Source: Perna viridis (taxonomy: Eukaryota). From it: a DNA stretch of 64,000 nucleotides. The translations under genes and the position numbers were made by a program. Below the pieces are notes generated by a model. The model had not been told where the DNA came from. It saw nothing but the letters and a program-made list of their open reading frames with translations, and did no database searches. Location: assembly GCA_037379345.1 (NCBI GenBank), contig CM074520.1, positions 33,700,664 to 33,764,663 on the forward strand. The letters run 5' to 3'. Shown here in pieces: positions 15,701-30,700 of the stretch. Each line of letters begins with the position of its first letter. Position 1 is the stretch's first letter.

Positions 15701-18700
15701 AAGAAAAGGTTTTAGTTTCCTACAGGGGCTGATCCAGGATTTCAGGTAAGGTAGGCCTCAATAAATAAAATAGCGAGTGAAGTGAGTCAAACAAACCAAG
15801 ATTTCTTCTTTTTTGTGAAAAATTAAGATTTCATGCAAAAAAAACAAAAAAAAATCTCCCAATTGTGGGGTGTGCCCTTGTCATATACACTGTCTGGTTA
15901 TTGACATTACAGATATTACCATCACATTAATAGATACTAGAGATCTTAGCTTCACTACAGTTATATAACCTCTATAGTCTTACAAGCATATTAGTATGGT
16001 CCCATATTCCCATTATAAATTCTTTGCAACTTTATGGCATTACTGAAAACTAAGGTATTTTAACATGATAAGATCTAGAAAATGTTCTGTTACAACCCTT
16101 TCTAACCAACCTTAAATAATTGTCATGCTTTTCTGTAGTATTCATGGAACAGAATCAGTTTTGGTGAAAAATAAACACTTCATCTCAATTCTAAATCAAC
16201 CATAACATTGATAGGGGAAAATAATAGGTTTATATACCTTTACTCATCAGGAAAAAAACAAATGAAAAAACAGGACTGTTGAAATTAGAAATAAAGCAAT
16301 GAAGACTGGATCATAAAAATAGAACTTTTTACTAAAAAACATAATTGCAAATGAAAAAAAAATATCAGACTGTTGCAAAACTATAAATTTAGAAGTTACA
16401 GAGAACATCAGACCACACATATTGACTGTAGTTATATATTTTGTCTTTCCATTCACATAGCCCTGTAATATCCCAAGACATTAAATAACCTCATAATATT
16501 ACCTTTAATTGTGCCCAAAAGTGAGACAAAAGATGTACTACAAGTAGTCTTTTATTACTGTGATTTTAAATCTATCACATTTTTCATGGCCAAAACAAAT
16601 AGCTCTCAGTAAACTCTAAATTTACAATATTCAACATCACTCATCTGGTTGGTTCAGGCTAGCTACATTTGCTCAAGTAACTGGCTAAGCATTAATCAAA
16701 ATTGTTACGGATATAAAGCTGTGTTAGTAGTTGCTGAAGTAAACATACCTGTTAAGTTTCTTAGAGAATTCTGACCTATAATAAATAGACAAGCAGGAAA
16801 GAACATATAACAACAGTGAAACACAACATTGATCCATGCAAGTCTACCATGCTTGCTGGCTACAAGCAGCAATGCCACAGCTAGGAATTCAAATAAACCA
16901 TGCATAGATTCTCTTTTCGTGGGAAAGAAATATACTAGTCAGTGTTCTCACTAGGCCCATATTATTTTGTGCTCTATACAGCTCTGATTTAAAGCACTTT
17001 GCAATCTGATGCATAAATGCACTTTATGTACTTCTCTGTCTAAGAATCAGGCAAAATGTGTGTAAGGTGTGGCACATGAGGGAAAAAAACAGAGATTGTA
17101 TTGCATGATCCAATTATTTATACCTCATTACCTTCAAAAATAACCATCAAAATGTTTGTAAAATTTGCCTTTTTAAAATGTGGATTCTTCGGGTTTAGTT
17201 GAAATGCACTATAAAAAAATGGCAGGACAATTTCCCTGCAATTTTTCACTTTATAAGCAGTCAAAGTATATCTACATCAGAGATGCTTCAGGATAAATTT
17301 AAATACCTTTTCAGTTGTTCTGGATGTACGGACTATATTTTAGGCCAAAATGACTAAATTGGGTAAAATATGCCATTGCCTGATTCTTACACAGAATAAT
17401 ACTTAAAAGGAGATCATTCTTCTGCTACTCTTGATATTTCTTTTATTCAAATTGACATAAATGTAGTAAATACTACCAGTATATATTTTAGCATTGAAAA
17501 TAACAAAGTTAATAGTGAAAGACAGATAACATTGCACTAATGAAAACTGATATATGAAAGTACAAAACTGTTTTTCTGAAAGTGGATCTATTTGATTTTT
17601 TTATTTTAGGGGTGGGAGCTAGGATAAATTTTTAGTCCTGGATATCTTAAAGTTGGAATTTCTAGTCTAACTGACAGTCTTTGTCTTGCAATTTTTATTA
17701 ATCATAGTTACTGAATATCTCACACTCATTTTGTTGTTTTTTTTTATATTGCTCAATAAGTTTGAGCAGTTCAATTATCTGAGTGTGTTTTTTTTTGTTT
17801 CTTTAGTGTTTTGTCATTTGGTGTTCCTGACATTGTTTTATTCAAGGATTTCCCCTCATTTTTACCTTCAGTATTGTTATTTTTATTGGCCATCTTTTAT
17901 TTCTTAATATAAACAACTCTGTCTTATTTTTTTTGGTTTTAAATTTATTTCATCTTAGCCTCCCCAATAACATTCAAAGACTGTTCCCCAAACAGCTTTG
18001 CCTTCATTTATGGTAAAGAATGAAAACAATTATACAAGTTGTTTACGTTCTGCATATTACTGTAAAGGCACAAATTATATATATCAAGTGTATTATTTAG
18101 TAGTTAGCATTTTCAAGTACAGCATGATTCATTTGAACTTCTAAGAGCTGAATGTACAAGTATGTATACCCTTAAAAATGGCCAGGCAGTTCTTAACACC
18201 CTAACCACCAAACTTTAAAGCACTATACATACAACCCAGCTGATTAGCAGAGTTTGGAGGTTTATTATTTTTTTAATCTATCAGTGCAGGTGTGGCAATA
18301 ATGCAAGCATTGGCTCAGTGAAAGGCTACAGAGGTGAAAAAAGTTCTGAAAGCATTTCTCTATACAGTCAAACCTGTTGTAGCAACCACTTGTATTCAGC
18401 ATACAACTGTCTTAAATGACTATGTATAAAATATCCCTAGGTAATGTAAATGTATATAATAACAACCTGCATATAAAAACCACATGTCTAACATGATAAT
18501 TAATTTTGCCCTCCCTTTGAAGGTCACTTATTACAGGTTTGACTATTTTTAAACAAAAAGTTCAATACTCCCTTAAAATAAGCTCCACAAACTTCCAAAA
18601 TTGAATCAAATTGACTAATAGAGATAAAACTCTCAGGTTGCAGTTTTCACTAATCACTTTTTCTTTTTTATTTCAATGCTAGTTTCACAAGTCATATAAG

Positions 18701-21700
18701 TTTTGCTCTTTCTACTCAACAGAGTGAGCTAGTCAACTGTTTTCAACTACATATTTACTACTGTCCAAGCTAGTATGTTTTTTTCACCTATCAGCTGAAT
18801 AATTCCCTGTATTTTTCTACATATTGAGTTCAATCTGTTATAAGTAATGGTAAAAAAGAAAAAGTACCCAACAAATGAAATTATCCAAGACAGACATGGG
18901 TATATCATTCATGTGTTTACATTAAAATTAAAAACAGCATTTCTCTTAAACAAGTATTAAAACAAAGAACCCAGACCACAGAGACATGATTTCTCTGATA
19001 AAATGATTGAATACAATAAGAAATTGGACCCTTGAAACAATAATTCTGTCACAAGTCATTATGGTAATGGTTGTAGTAGAGTTTTAAGCAATTTTACACG
19101 AAATAACATCAGCAAACCTTCAAGATCAATGTACCTAATAGATAAAGCTTCCATACCAAAATTATTGGATATTTTCATAACCCAAGTTTAACTTGCTCTA
19201 CTCTTACATTTATAACAGACATACTGACTAAAGCAACTGACCTTTTCATCATCCGGTACTTGGTTCATTGTTTGATAGTCATCAGGTTTTTTTGCACGAC
19301 ATGAAATAGTGTGACTTGCAACCAATTCCAACCTAAGACCTTTTCATATGAAATACCCATAGCACAGAATTTCATTCTGTTATGTTTTATCAAACAAAAC
19401 TGACCTTTTCATGTGCAGAAAACACTCTAAACATTTGACTGACTCCTACAGCAGACAGGTAAATGATAATATGGTTTAAAATATGTTTTTGGTACCTTTT
19501 ACATAATCATAATAAGTTTTCTAAAACTTTGGGTTTTCAAAGGGAAGTGCAACCCTCCATCAACTTTATACATCATAGCCTTTATTGCAAGATTTTCCAA
19601 AATCTTATAGACAGTGTTTCAATCAACTTATTGAAAAAGATTGCCCATTTGACAAGTTTCTGATTTTCCACTAGCCCACAAAAAGTTGACACTTGTCTCT
19701 ATGTTGTTTTTAATGACAAAAATTGATATATGTTAACCTATCCAAAGAGCAATGCCAGACATTTCTCCAGAGATGTAGTCACCCAAGATATTTTACTATT
19801 GAGGACAACTGGCTAGTACTGTGATATACACTGTTCCAAATAATACAGTCAAATAATCTGTAAGTATGCTGGAGTGTAAAAATGGTAGGGAACATAAACT
19901 TAAGCAGTGTAGCTAGCTATATATAATTGACTGTAATGGTTAAACAGAAAGCTAGCAATCACTAAACAAATAGAATCCTAGCAACTATAAGACTGGATTA
20001 GTCTATGTCAGAGCATGCATTTTTGAGTATGTTTAAACAATCAGTCACATAACTATCAGGTTACAAAAGTTTTTACCACTGGCTGTATCATGGTTAAGAA
20101 GTATTATTTAGCATTAATCATGCATGGTTGGATGTGGTTTCTGCTTGGATATATATGCAAAAATATTCTTTGTGGGGTAAAAATTTTTGTGGTTTCCATG
20201 CCTTTATTGATTACGTCTTCTAATAATTCCACAATTAATTAATGTGACTTCCAATCTGAATTTAAGTGTCAGTCCCTGTAAGAATCTGGCAATAGGTGAA
20301 ACAAGGTATGAAAAAAACCCCATCATTTTGATAGTGTAATTTGACTATTTGCACCATCAAAATCAAAGAAAACAGACAAGAGTTTCCATATCATGCTGGA
20401 CCATTGAGTTACAATTTTACTGAAATGTACTGAAAATGAACATTTCAAGGCAAATAACTCAGTCAAAAACTTCATTTTTCTAAGATTCTATTGAAAAATT
20501 TCTGAGAAAATCCAATGATACAGAGATAAAATAATGGTCTTTTCAAATAGAGAAAGAATCCTTGAGTGATATTTTATTGTCAGATCGTTTGGGATTTGAC
20601 ATGCATGTTTCTGATTTCTCTTATTTTGCTTGATTCAAACAAACACTTACAATTAAACCACAAAAACTGATAACAACAGTAGATAAAGTATATATTTGAA
20701 ATATGTTAATGGAGGTTAGAAAAGAATTACACTAAAAGAACAGTACATTTATTAAGAATAATATCATACGACATTCACTAAAACATGCCATTCATGCATC
20801 TTTAAAATCAACTGTTAAAATATGTAAATATCATGAGTAAAATCCTTTGGCACAGAAAAGTTAATATCCTGTCTATATAGTATTAGAATCATAACAATTA
20901 TTTACATTATAATACAAGATAAAATTAATTCCATGAAAATGTCTACTACTCGTTGAGAAACTTTGACTAGTATAGGACGTAGCACCAATCTTCCCTTTCT
21001 AACTTGGCATAAAACTGAAACGAGAGAGATTTTAAAGTTAAAGATTTCCAACCCTAACTTTCCCATAAACAAGGAGTATTAGAACTGAATCTTTGATTAT
21101 GTAAGTTCATAGTTTTTTTTTCTCTTTTGAACAATGTAATAAACTTTGCATTTAAATGAAACAGGAAGATTTCAAAATTTAGAATTCTCTTACTATATCA
21201 ATTGATTTCAAAGTTGCAAGATGCTATAGTGAATGTTTTCATTTTTTAATACTTTATATGAAGTAGATGATCAAATTCAAAGCAAAGCTAAACAACTATG
21301 AAGCACTGTAAAATTGTAAAATGAAAACTAGCATAAAACACAGTGGATTGTATAGCAGTTGTTAAAGTTCTTTGTTTCTCATTAGAAGATAATTTTATGT
21401 CAAGCCATAGTTTTATAGTTCTCTTTTAAAAATTTTCCAGGTATCAAAATTCTATGAGATGTTTTGAACTATGAAAACATTTCATGGAATTCATTAAAAG
21501 GTTTTTTATTTATCAGAATACACCAAAAATGTGTCCTAAACAAAGGAAAGTTCCATCTAGACAGTGCGGTGTTGTGCAGTGAGTCAACCATGTTGGCCAT
21601 TTTTATGATTAACTACAAATATGAATAATATTAGAGCAACAATAAAACCTGTCTAAACTGCACCACTTATAGGTTGTCTAATTTGTTTGGTTTACACAGG

Positions 21701-24700
21701 TTTAAAATGCATTTAAACTTATATGAATGGACTTAATAGGTGTCTAGTTTAAAGAAGTTTTTTAAGGTTCAGTTTAGAAAGGTTTCACTACATTCTATAT
21801 TGAAATACGATACGAACCGAAGACATTTAGTGATAAAATATGTCTTCCCAAAAAGACTGCTAGTGTGATTTATTAAAACCTAGTTTATACTTCCAAAAAA
21901 CATTCATCTGAATCTTAAATATCCTTTGAAAATGTAAATTAAAAAAGATCTGTCAACTATTGTTGAATATTTTGAAATAAATAATGAGAACATTTAAAGT
22001 AAGGCAGGTAAAATCTTAATTTGGATTCATAGTAGTTTTCTTGTAAAAAATGTTTTTTTATGATATGTTAGCACTTTCCTTTCTTGCTTGAATTATAGAA
22101 TTAAAATTTTAAAGTATTAATTACAAGTCCATATAAAATTCAGACACTGCCTATTGTAAGCTGATTCATGGTGTAGAAAAACCCATGGATCAGATAATGC
22201 TTCTATGGTCTACATATGCTATATTTTCATGTGACAATAGTCCTTTCTGTATTAAGATCTGTGTTTTTGAGAAAACTACATTTTAACTTCCCACTAAAAT
22301 CAACCAAATCAAACCAAATCAAGAACTTTAACTCTTGCAAAGTGCTAATTTCATGTACAATCTACATAAATTTCATCTCAAAAGTCGAACCCCCAAATGA
22401 AAAACTAAGACTGGTTATGTGATATGTAACGATATCTGAACAAGAAATAAAACTGAGTTCGGTGGGTTTTTGACATGCATGAATCACCTCCTCTCTGATT
22501 CTTATGAAGACTGCTACTTAAGTATTAATGCAAATGACAGTTTACTTAAAAAATAAAACACACAGAAAATATGACAGCACACAAAACAACAGCTAATTAC
22601 AATAACAAATCAAACAGTACCATAAAATCATCACAATTAAACATGCGGAACTTCCACTTCTCCTTATCTTGACTTCTACAGAACATTTTGATACAGATTT
22701 TAATTCAAATACCATCAACTGAATAATTTCTACATCTTTGTACAACAAGGATATTCAGTAAATACTGGGCAACAATGTCAGAATCCTTTTTGCATAGCTC
22801 CCCTCCCTCATCATCCTTTTTGGGGGAGTGTGTGAACTCAATAACCATCCTTTCAATTCCACTAGAATCTTGGTTCCCTTGATTACCCTTTCAAACAACG
22901 ATATTTTGATCAGATTTTAATTCAAATACCATCAACTGAATAATTTCTACATCTTTGTACGACAAGGATATTCAGTAAATACTGGGCATACTTTTCAACA
23001 ATGTCAGAATCCTTGTTGATTTTGCATAGCTCCCCTCCCTCATCATCCTTTTTGGGAGAGTGTGTGAACTCAATAACCATCCTTTCAATTCCACTAGAAT
23101 CTTGGTTCCCTTGATTACCCTTTCAAACAACGATATTTTGATCAATACAAAATACTAAATATTTCAGTCAGTTGCAAAGAATGTAATACATGTACAGAGC
23201 TACTTTTATGCCATCTTTACTTAAGTAACAAATTCTAATATGGCATGCTTCAAAGGTATTTAGACCACAGCTGGTCATTTGTCATTATTTAACCCTGTAA
23301 TATCATTTGGGATAAAATAAGGAGATATCAACGGCAAGCCTGTGGTAAAACAATGATAAAATGGAGCTCTGTGAATTTTGTCTTTCACGAATTTGATTTC
23401 CTCATTTATTAACAGAGAGACAACCAAGTCTTTTCATGCAAAATTTTTATGAGTGTTATTTCATCTCCACAGCCATAAAGAGTAACACAAATATATATGA
23501 AGATTAGAGATATTCAAGTACATGTATATAGAGGTTTAATAACTGTGTTATGTTTTTAATCTTTGATCCATACTGATAAATGAAACAAACAATTTACTTT
23601 AGAAAATTTTAATCATTAACAAACATGTAACAAAATTATTCTTTAAAAGCATGCATAAAATACAATTCACTTTTGTGCTAAAAATATACTAAAACATGTC
23701 TATTGAGATCAGCAGGGATCAATATGGATCAAAGATTTAAATTACTGCATGCAAAGATATTCTATGTCATAAATTTGCTTTACTTCGACAAATATATCCT
23801 AAGTTGCACATTTTCAGTAACACTTGTCATGGCTGATGTTACATCATTTAATGAGAAAGGTCAAATATCTGCTTAATTTGTAGGGCAATTTCTTTAAATG
23901 CAGAATGTGTTTTTATGTTTGCCTTTTTCAAGTCTTATGGACAGTTAAACTCTGACATTAATTAAAATATTGTCAAAATATTGTGCAACAATAGCTCTGT
24001 TTGGTTAAGGTTTACAGTCATTAGTTCTATAACCATTTTAAACTTTAGTTCAGCAAATATGATCCCTGATTGATCCCCACTGACTTACAGAGTGATCACA
24101 TGAAAAACTGTTACTGTTACCCTGAGAAATATGTATGATTTTTATACCAGTCTTGGGTAAATCTAGTCTAACACAATGTTTTAAGTAATGATATGAACAT
24201 ATTCGTTGCACTTATATAGTAGGGGCTTATAATTCTGAATTTTCATTACTTTTGAGATTCTTAAAATGAGATTTTCATCATAGAGCCAATTAACTTATTA
24301 ACCAAACTATCTTTCTTTAAGAAAATATAACCTAAAGTAAAACTAAGCTATATAATCATTTGTAGCTGTTGATAGCACCATTTAGATAATGTAAAACAAA
24401 CACAATTTGACTGAAATTCAATCATTTCTCTCAAAATATAATATTGATACTAAACACTACATTAAAAAATTTGAAGTTCAACTTCAAAACACAAAACATT
24501 AAGAAACAAACAAAACGTTCAATCAGCTTTCTAATTAATTTGAAATACCGCACACAATTAAACCTTTCTTGCAGATAAAAATAGAATAAAACAAAAAAAA
24601 ACAAAAAACCACTAACAACCTTATAGGGCCTACAACCAACAAATATTCAAATCAGTATAACATCCATGAACACATTTCATAACAAAACCAAACTTCAACA

Positions 24701-27700
24701 AACAATCAAAACAAGAACTAAAGAAGAAACAGAGATTATTGTCATACTTTGAATCATACTCCAAACGGAGATATACATGTAACCTTAAAACTCTGATTGC
24801 TGTCAAATCACAGCATTAAAATGGAAACACAAGTTATTGTTTCCATCCAGGAAAGATGCTGTCAAAGCTTCTAAATAATTCTATAAATGGATTTCAAAAT
24901 ATGGGAGATGTGTCACCTCCAAGAAATTCAACAAAAACTCTATCACATTTCAAGGTATAAAGGTATCCATTGTAAAATTAAAGGAATTTACATGTAAAAA
25001 AAAAATACTTATAAAAATGTTAAAACCTTTATAATCTAGTACATATTTTGGTTAAAAGGCATTAGTAACAAAGAAATTTTCACTGGGGAACACATTCTTT
25101 AAGTCTTATAATTTAACTAATTTGAAAAGAACCAAAACAGTTTTTTTTTAAGAATTATCAAATAGCATATAAGAATTGAGTTCTAAAAATTCGGGGATTT
25201 CAAAAGTTGTGCATTTTGATATAGTATCTTTACTAAACATTTACAAGACCTTAGTAAGTTGAAAAAAGAAAGAAATATCATTAAAGGTAAGTTAATGGAT
25301 TTCAATTAGAAAACAAAATTGTTTCCTTTATGATATTTCTCAGAAATGGCTGTTCAAGAATTTTGCAACAATCTTTAAGCACATAAAATTTCTCCCTACA
25401 ATATTTGATATTTTCAATGTCCAAATCAATGAATAATGCGTGCAATAGCTGCCTTGTAAAGTATGACAATTTTCTATAATTAAACAATCTGAGTTTTAGG
25501 CTTTCCCTTCTTTTGAGAGGTACTGGCAGGGATAGGGTCGGGAGCTACAAGCTGACCAAAACTGAAAAGAAATGCATTCCACTATTTAGACAAGAGCAGG
25601 CATAACAAATATCAAGCTTTCAGCCTAGACATAACTAATATCTTTTTCCGTTCAGTCTATCTATATCAACACAGGATTCGACAGGAAATATTTCAAAGTT
25701 CCAAGATGGATCCAAGCTATCCTTCCCCACACAAAATATGTTATTAAATATTAATACCCATGATATTAAAAAAAAATAGTCAGGTACTTGTAACTTAGTC
25801 TTTATTTGACATTTTTTTAATATCGAGAACATCAGATGATCTCAAAATTTTCTCCTCACTGAGTAGAAAACATTGACTTAAATCTATTTCACTGAGTTTC
25901 TGTGGCTGGGTAAGGAAATAACATTCTCAAAATATTAATCAGTTTCTTTTTCAATCATTGATGATCATGTTAAATCAAACATACTTCATATTTCAAACTT
26001 GAGTAGAACTTTTTGAAAAGTTGGGAAAAAACTACACACTCAGAATAGGTGTTCTCTTCTCTGATTTCTTATATCTAAGGATTGGTCAAATACTATTTCA
26101 TCATATAATGCTGAAAAACACAACACCTTATTTACTTACAAGTTCCATATAGATGACTTCTTCTGTTTCTGAGGTGTAGATATTTCAGGATGTTCACGAG
26201 AGGCTCGAATCATCTCTGTCCATCGTACAGCTTCTTGTAATTCCATGAGTCTCTCTTTATATTGATTTCTCTCCATTAATACTCTTGCCATTTCCACCCT
26301 GGTAAATCTCTTTCTCTGAGCCATTGGCACATCATCCTTGAAACAGAATCAGTTCAATGTGTTAGCACTTTTCTATTGTATGTTTTGAAATCTAACATTA
26401 AATTACACATAACTTTTTCGGAACAATCTTAGAAAATAGATTTGTAATGACTGACAGTGTTTTCTCCAGGAATTTTGTTCATTGAGGGACTGTTCTTTAA
26501 CAAACTTAGGAATCAAGCATTTGTTATTTTCTTTGGGGGTCTCTCTCTCAAGCAGCTCCAGAAAAAAAACCACTTGGACTTCAAACCACAGCTGTGGCCA
26601 TATCAAACACTTGGACTTCAAACCACAGCTGTGGCCATCAATAATCTCACTTATAAAACACTAATTTCATCATATATGAGTAAAATACACTTTACATTGT
26701 ACTTAACTTTAACAAACCAAAAATACAACAGACCAGTTACACTACTAATACTATTTGAAAAACCAAAGGAACATTAGACTATCAATTATACTATTATTTG
26801 AACAATAAAGAAACAAATGACTACTTCATCTTCTTCTTTGGCAGCCGAGTTCTTCTTCTCAAGATCTTCTTTGAGTTTCTTGATTTCATCTTCCTGATCT
26901 TTGATTTTCTCTTGTAGTTTGGTTTTTACAGCCTTCAATGATGATATTTCCTCTTTGAGAATCTCCATCTCACTGAAGTATAAAATCAAGGCATAGAATA
27001 GAAAAGATCACTAAGAAAACTGACTTTCTAAGTAAAAATGAAGTAAAATATATGAACACTTGTTCAGTCAACATCTATGCATCTTGATTCCTTCATTTGG
27101 AAATAGTAGCTTCAGCTATTACATCTCTGCAAGAAACTTGCAGAAGTTCAAAACAGGTCAATGAAATACATATTAACATAAAAACAATCCACCTGGATTT
27201 ATATGGACACAAGATATTTTTTCTCTCATTTATTTGGAGTTTTATTGTGTGGTAAAATTTACCTTGATAGTTCATCTACTTGTGCAATCAAATCATCTTT
27301 CACTATATTTAGAGCATTCCTGAAAAAAAAGAAACAGTTATTATGTGATATACCAGATTACATTTTCATCAAGCTACAAGCTGATAAGGAATGTATGTAT
27401 TTTCAAGGAAGACCTTCCACACAACTGTAAGACACTATGGTCAGTCCTTTTACTATTACCTGAAGACAAAACATAGAAATATACTGTTGATTGACTCCAA
27501 CACTTCCATAATAAATTAATCCTGTGACTTACTTTGTTTCTAATAATTCAGTATTCTCTAGTATAATATTTTCTAGTTCCTTCCCCATACCTGTAATAAA
27601 CAATAACAAAAAACTAAAAAAAACATTGAAATAATAAATAAACTTGAATTATGGCGGATAAATTAACAAAATTGTTCAAATTAACTATTAGTAAGGAAGG

Positions 27701-30700
27701 ATTTAAGGGTTTTTTAAAAATCTTATTTGACATAATAACTTCCATTTTCATAACAACTTTTTGCCTTTTCATGGGGCAGAAAAACAAGACCAAAATCTAT
27801 ATATTAGGTATATTAAAAAATTTTTGGATCCACTTAGATAGAATACCAGTGACACTTGCTTCGCAAAAAAAAATTTAAATTGATTTAAGAGAATATAATA
27901 AAACTGGCTAATTTCATTTCAAGCAGTTATGGTTCAATGTGATCCTAGTTGACTTCTGATGAATAATAAAATGCTGTAATACATGCCAATTGTATTGTTA
28001 GTAATCTTTCATAATTTAGCCGATCTAATTAAAATTAGATCTACTAATTGATAAATTCAGTTGCTGCATGTAGATATTTTTTTTATTAATCAATAGATTT
28101 CATCCTTCATAATTGTTGAAATATTTGAGTGTTGTAAGATCTTACATGCAGTGACTGAGTATAGAAATTAGTAGACCAAATTTTTATTAGGTTGTAATAT
28201 AACCATCTGTAGAGAGAAGTGTAACCAATATTAGAGATAACACAGACATAGACAACTTTCAAAGACATCACAGACATTTCAGACACAGACAAAGTAACAA
28301 ATCATACGACCCATCTAACTGCAGTAAAAGCTGAAAGAGAAGCTGCTAAGATTTATGTCAAATTTTGCATTTCTATAACCATTTCAACAATACATTTGCT
28401 AGGTTTCCTACAACTAAATCCATCATTACAGGACTAAACTGCAGCAGATATGTTTGTGATTGTTTGGGAATAGTAAAGCCAAGTATCATATAGACAAGGT
28501 TATGTGCAAAGAAAATAAAACCCTTTATTTAATTATATAATAATCTGTTACAAATCAAACACTTAAAATATAATGTACTATTAGAATAGCCTTAAATTTT
28601 TTTACTTTGTAAATATGAAAATAATTCCATCACATAAAAAATAATTAACAATGTGCTGAAGAATATTATATTTCCTCAATTAAGGCACACTTGCAAGTAT
28701 CTGAAAAGTTAAGATTTTATGCATTTAAGTAAATAAGGAATAAGAAACAGAGGAGTTTTTGAAAATACATGTTTCCTAAATCAATAAGGGTCCTACTGGA
28801 TACACAGATATACTCTGAATGTAACTGCCCAGAATGTACAATGATAAGGATACATGTTGATGTATCTACATGTAGCATACTGAAGATTACTGAAAAACAT
28901 CTAATAATAACAGCATGCATTTGCTTAAAAAAAGCACCAAAATAAAAAAAAAAACAAGTGATATTTAAAAACTTAAGATATTGAAGGTGTGCATATGAAT
29001 GGAAGGAGCAAAAAAGCCTAAAGCCAAAATAAAGAACTGATATTAACATGTGCTCCAACTGTAGTAAAAACTGTATTGCAAGTACAGATATCTGAGTTTT
29101 AAAGCATGATACTTAATCATGTAAATCTACTAAAAGTTTTCCATCAATTTAAGGTTACCAGTACTTGAAAGAATCAAACGTTTATTTTTACATACCCAAT
29201 TAAAACCAACATCATGCCTATAATATATTGTTCTTGAATATAAACATATATAGAGAATAATTTTGTATATGGTGATCAGTTAGAGCACAGTAGTAGCTGT
29301 ACAAATATAATGTGTTCTGCTTACCAAAGAAATTATCACTGACTGTTGGTAGTAAATATACAGAAAGAAATCAGTTAGTATCATTCTATTACAAACTTCA
29401 ATGCATAATTCACAGTGTGAAACTTGTATGTCTGCTTTCTAAATCAAAGGAGTTATATAATTGAAGATTTTCCATAAAAAGATCAAGGATATTAAGTCAA
29501 CACAGCTATTCCAATTTCGTTGTTAACAATTCTCATTTAGTTCTAAGTTTAGATATACATTTAAGTGAAATTTTTTGTAAGCACCAGGCAAAATGAGAAA
29601 AATCAGAAACATGCATTTCAAAAACCCAGGGATCTGCCAATATTATTTTATTCAAGGATGCTTTCTCTATTCGAAAACACCATTAATTGACCTCTACAGC
29701 GATGGATTTGCTTAGAAATTTTTTAATAGAATGTCTGAAAAATGAGGTTTTTGACAGTTATCCACCCTTGAAATTGTTCATTTCCAGTGTATTTCAATGA
29801 AATCATAACTCAATTTACCAAAAATGATATGGAAAATCTAGTCTTTTTCCTTGACTTGTATAGTGCGAAAGGTCAAATTTAACTTTCAAAATAGTGGGGT
29901 TTTTTTTCATGCCATGTTTCACCTTCTGCCTGATTCTTACAGAGACTGACATTTAAATCAGCAACGATTTAAGCAAAACTCCATTAGAATAAGAAAACAA
30001 ACAACTTAAAACAGCCACACTGAAAATTCAAAGCAAGAACAGAATAATCTACCACATAACTCCAATTTCATTTATGCTTAAAATGCTCAAAAATAAGTTA
30101 ATATAAATCTACACATTCATTAACAATGGTTAAAATAAAGACTACTACAATATCTTTTCCATTTATGATCAATGAGTTTGTGTTTACCTGAAATGGTCAC
30201 TTATTAACCCACAAATTAAAAGAACTACTTGAACATGTAAGCTCTTAGAAATTATTTTTTTTATTAAAATATCTACAATCCATTTCTCCCAATCTATGAA
30301 AGTGGTAATATACATGTATGAACACTACAAAACTAGACAGTGAGATAATTTTATCAGAGGTTCCCACCAATACTGAGCATCTACAAATTCATGGGAGAAA
30401 CCTTTCTACTCCAGACAATTCAAACTTTTAATAATTTGTCTACAAATTTTTTTACTAACATTGCAATCAGACTAGGATTAACTCAGGCATAACCAATCAT
30501 AGTTACATGTATATATTTCAGTTAATCATGGGCATTAGCTTAGTTCTTCCTTGTGTAATGTAATGAGCTGAGCATGTGTTAAAGATGAGATAATGTATTC
30601 AACAAGTATCCTTTAATTTTCATCATTTTTTGTTTCAAGAAATGGAAGAATTAAACTGCTTTGTAGATGAATTATAAGAATCGTACCAGTAGATCTGCGT

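Noticed and set aside
25635-25832. ORF just downstream of JIP exon 15 as an alternative terminal exon
   Set aside because: I found no convincing acceptor in the required phase 2.
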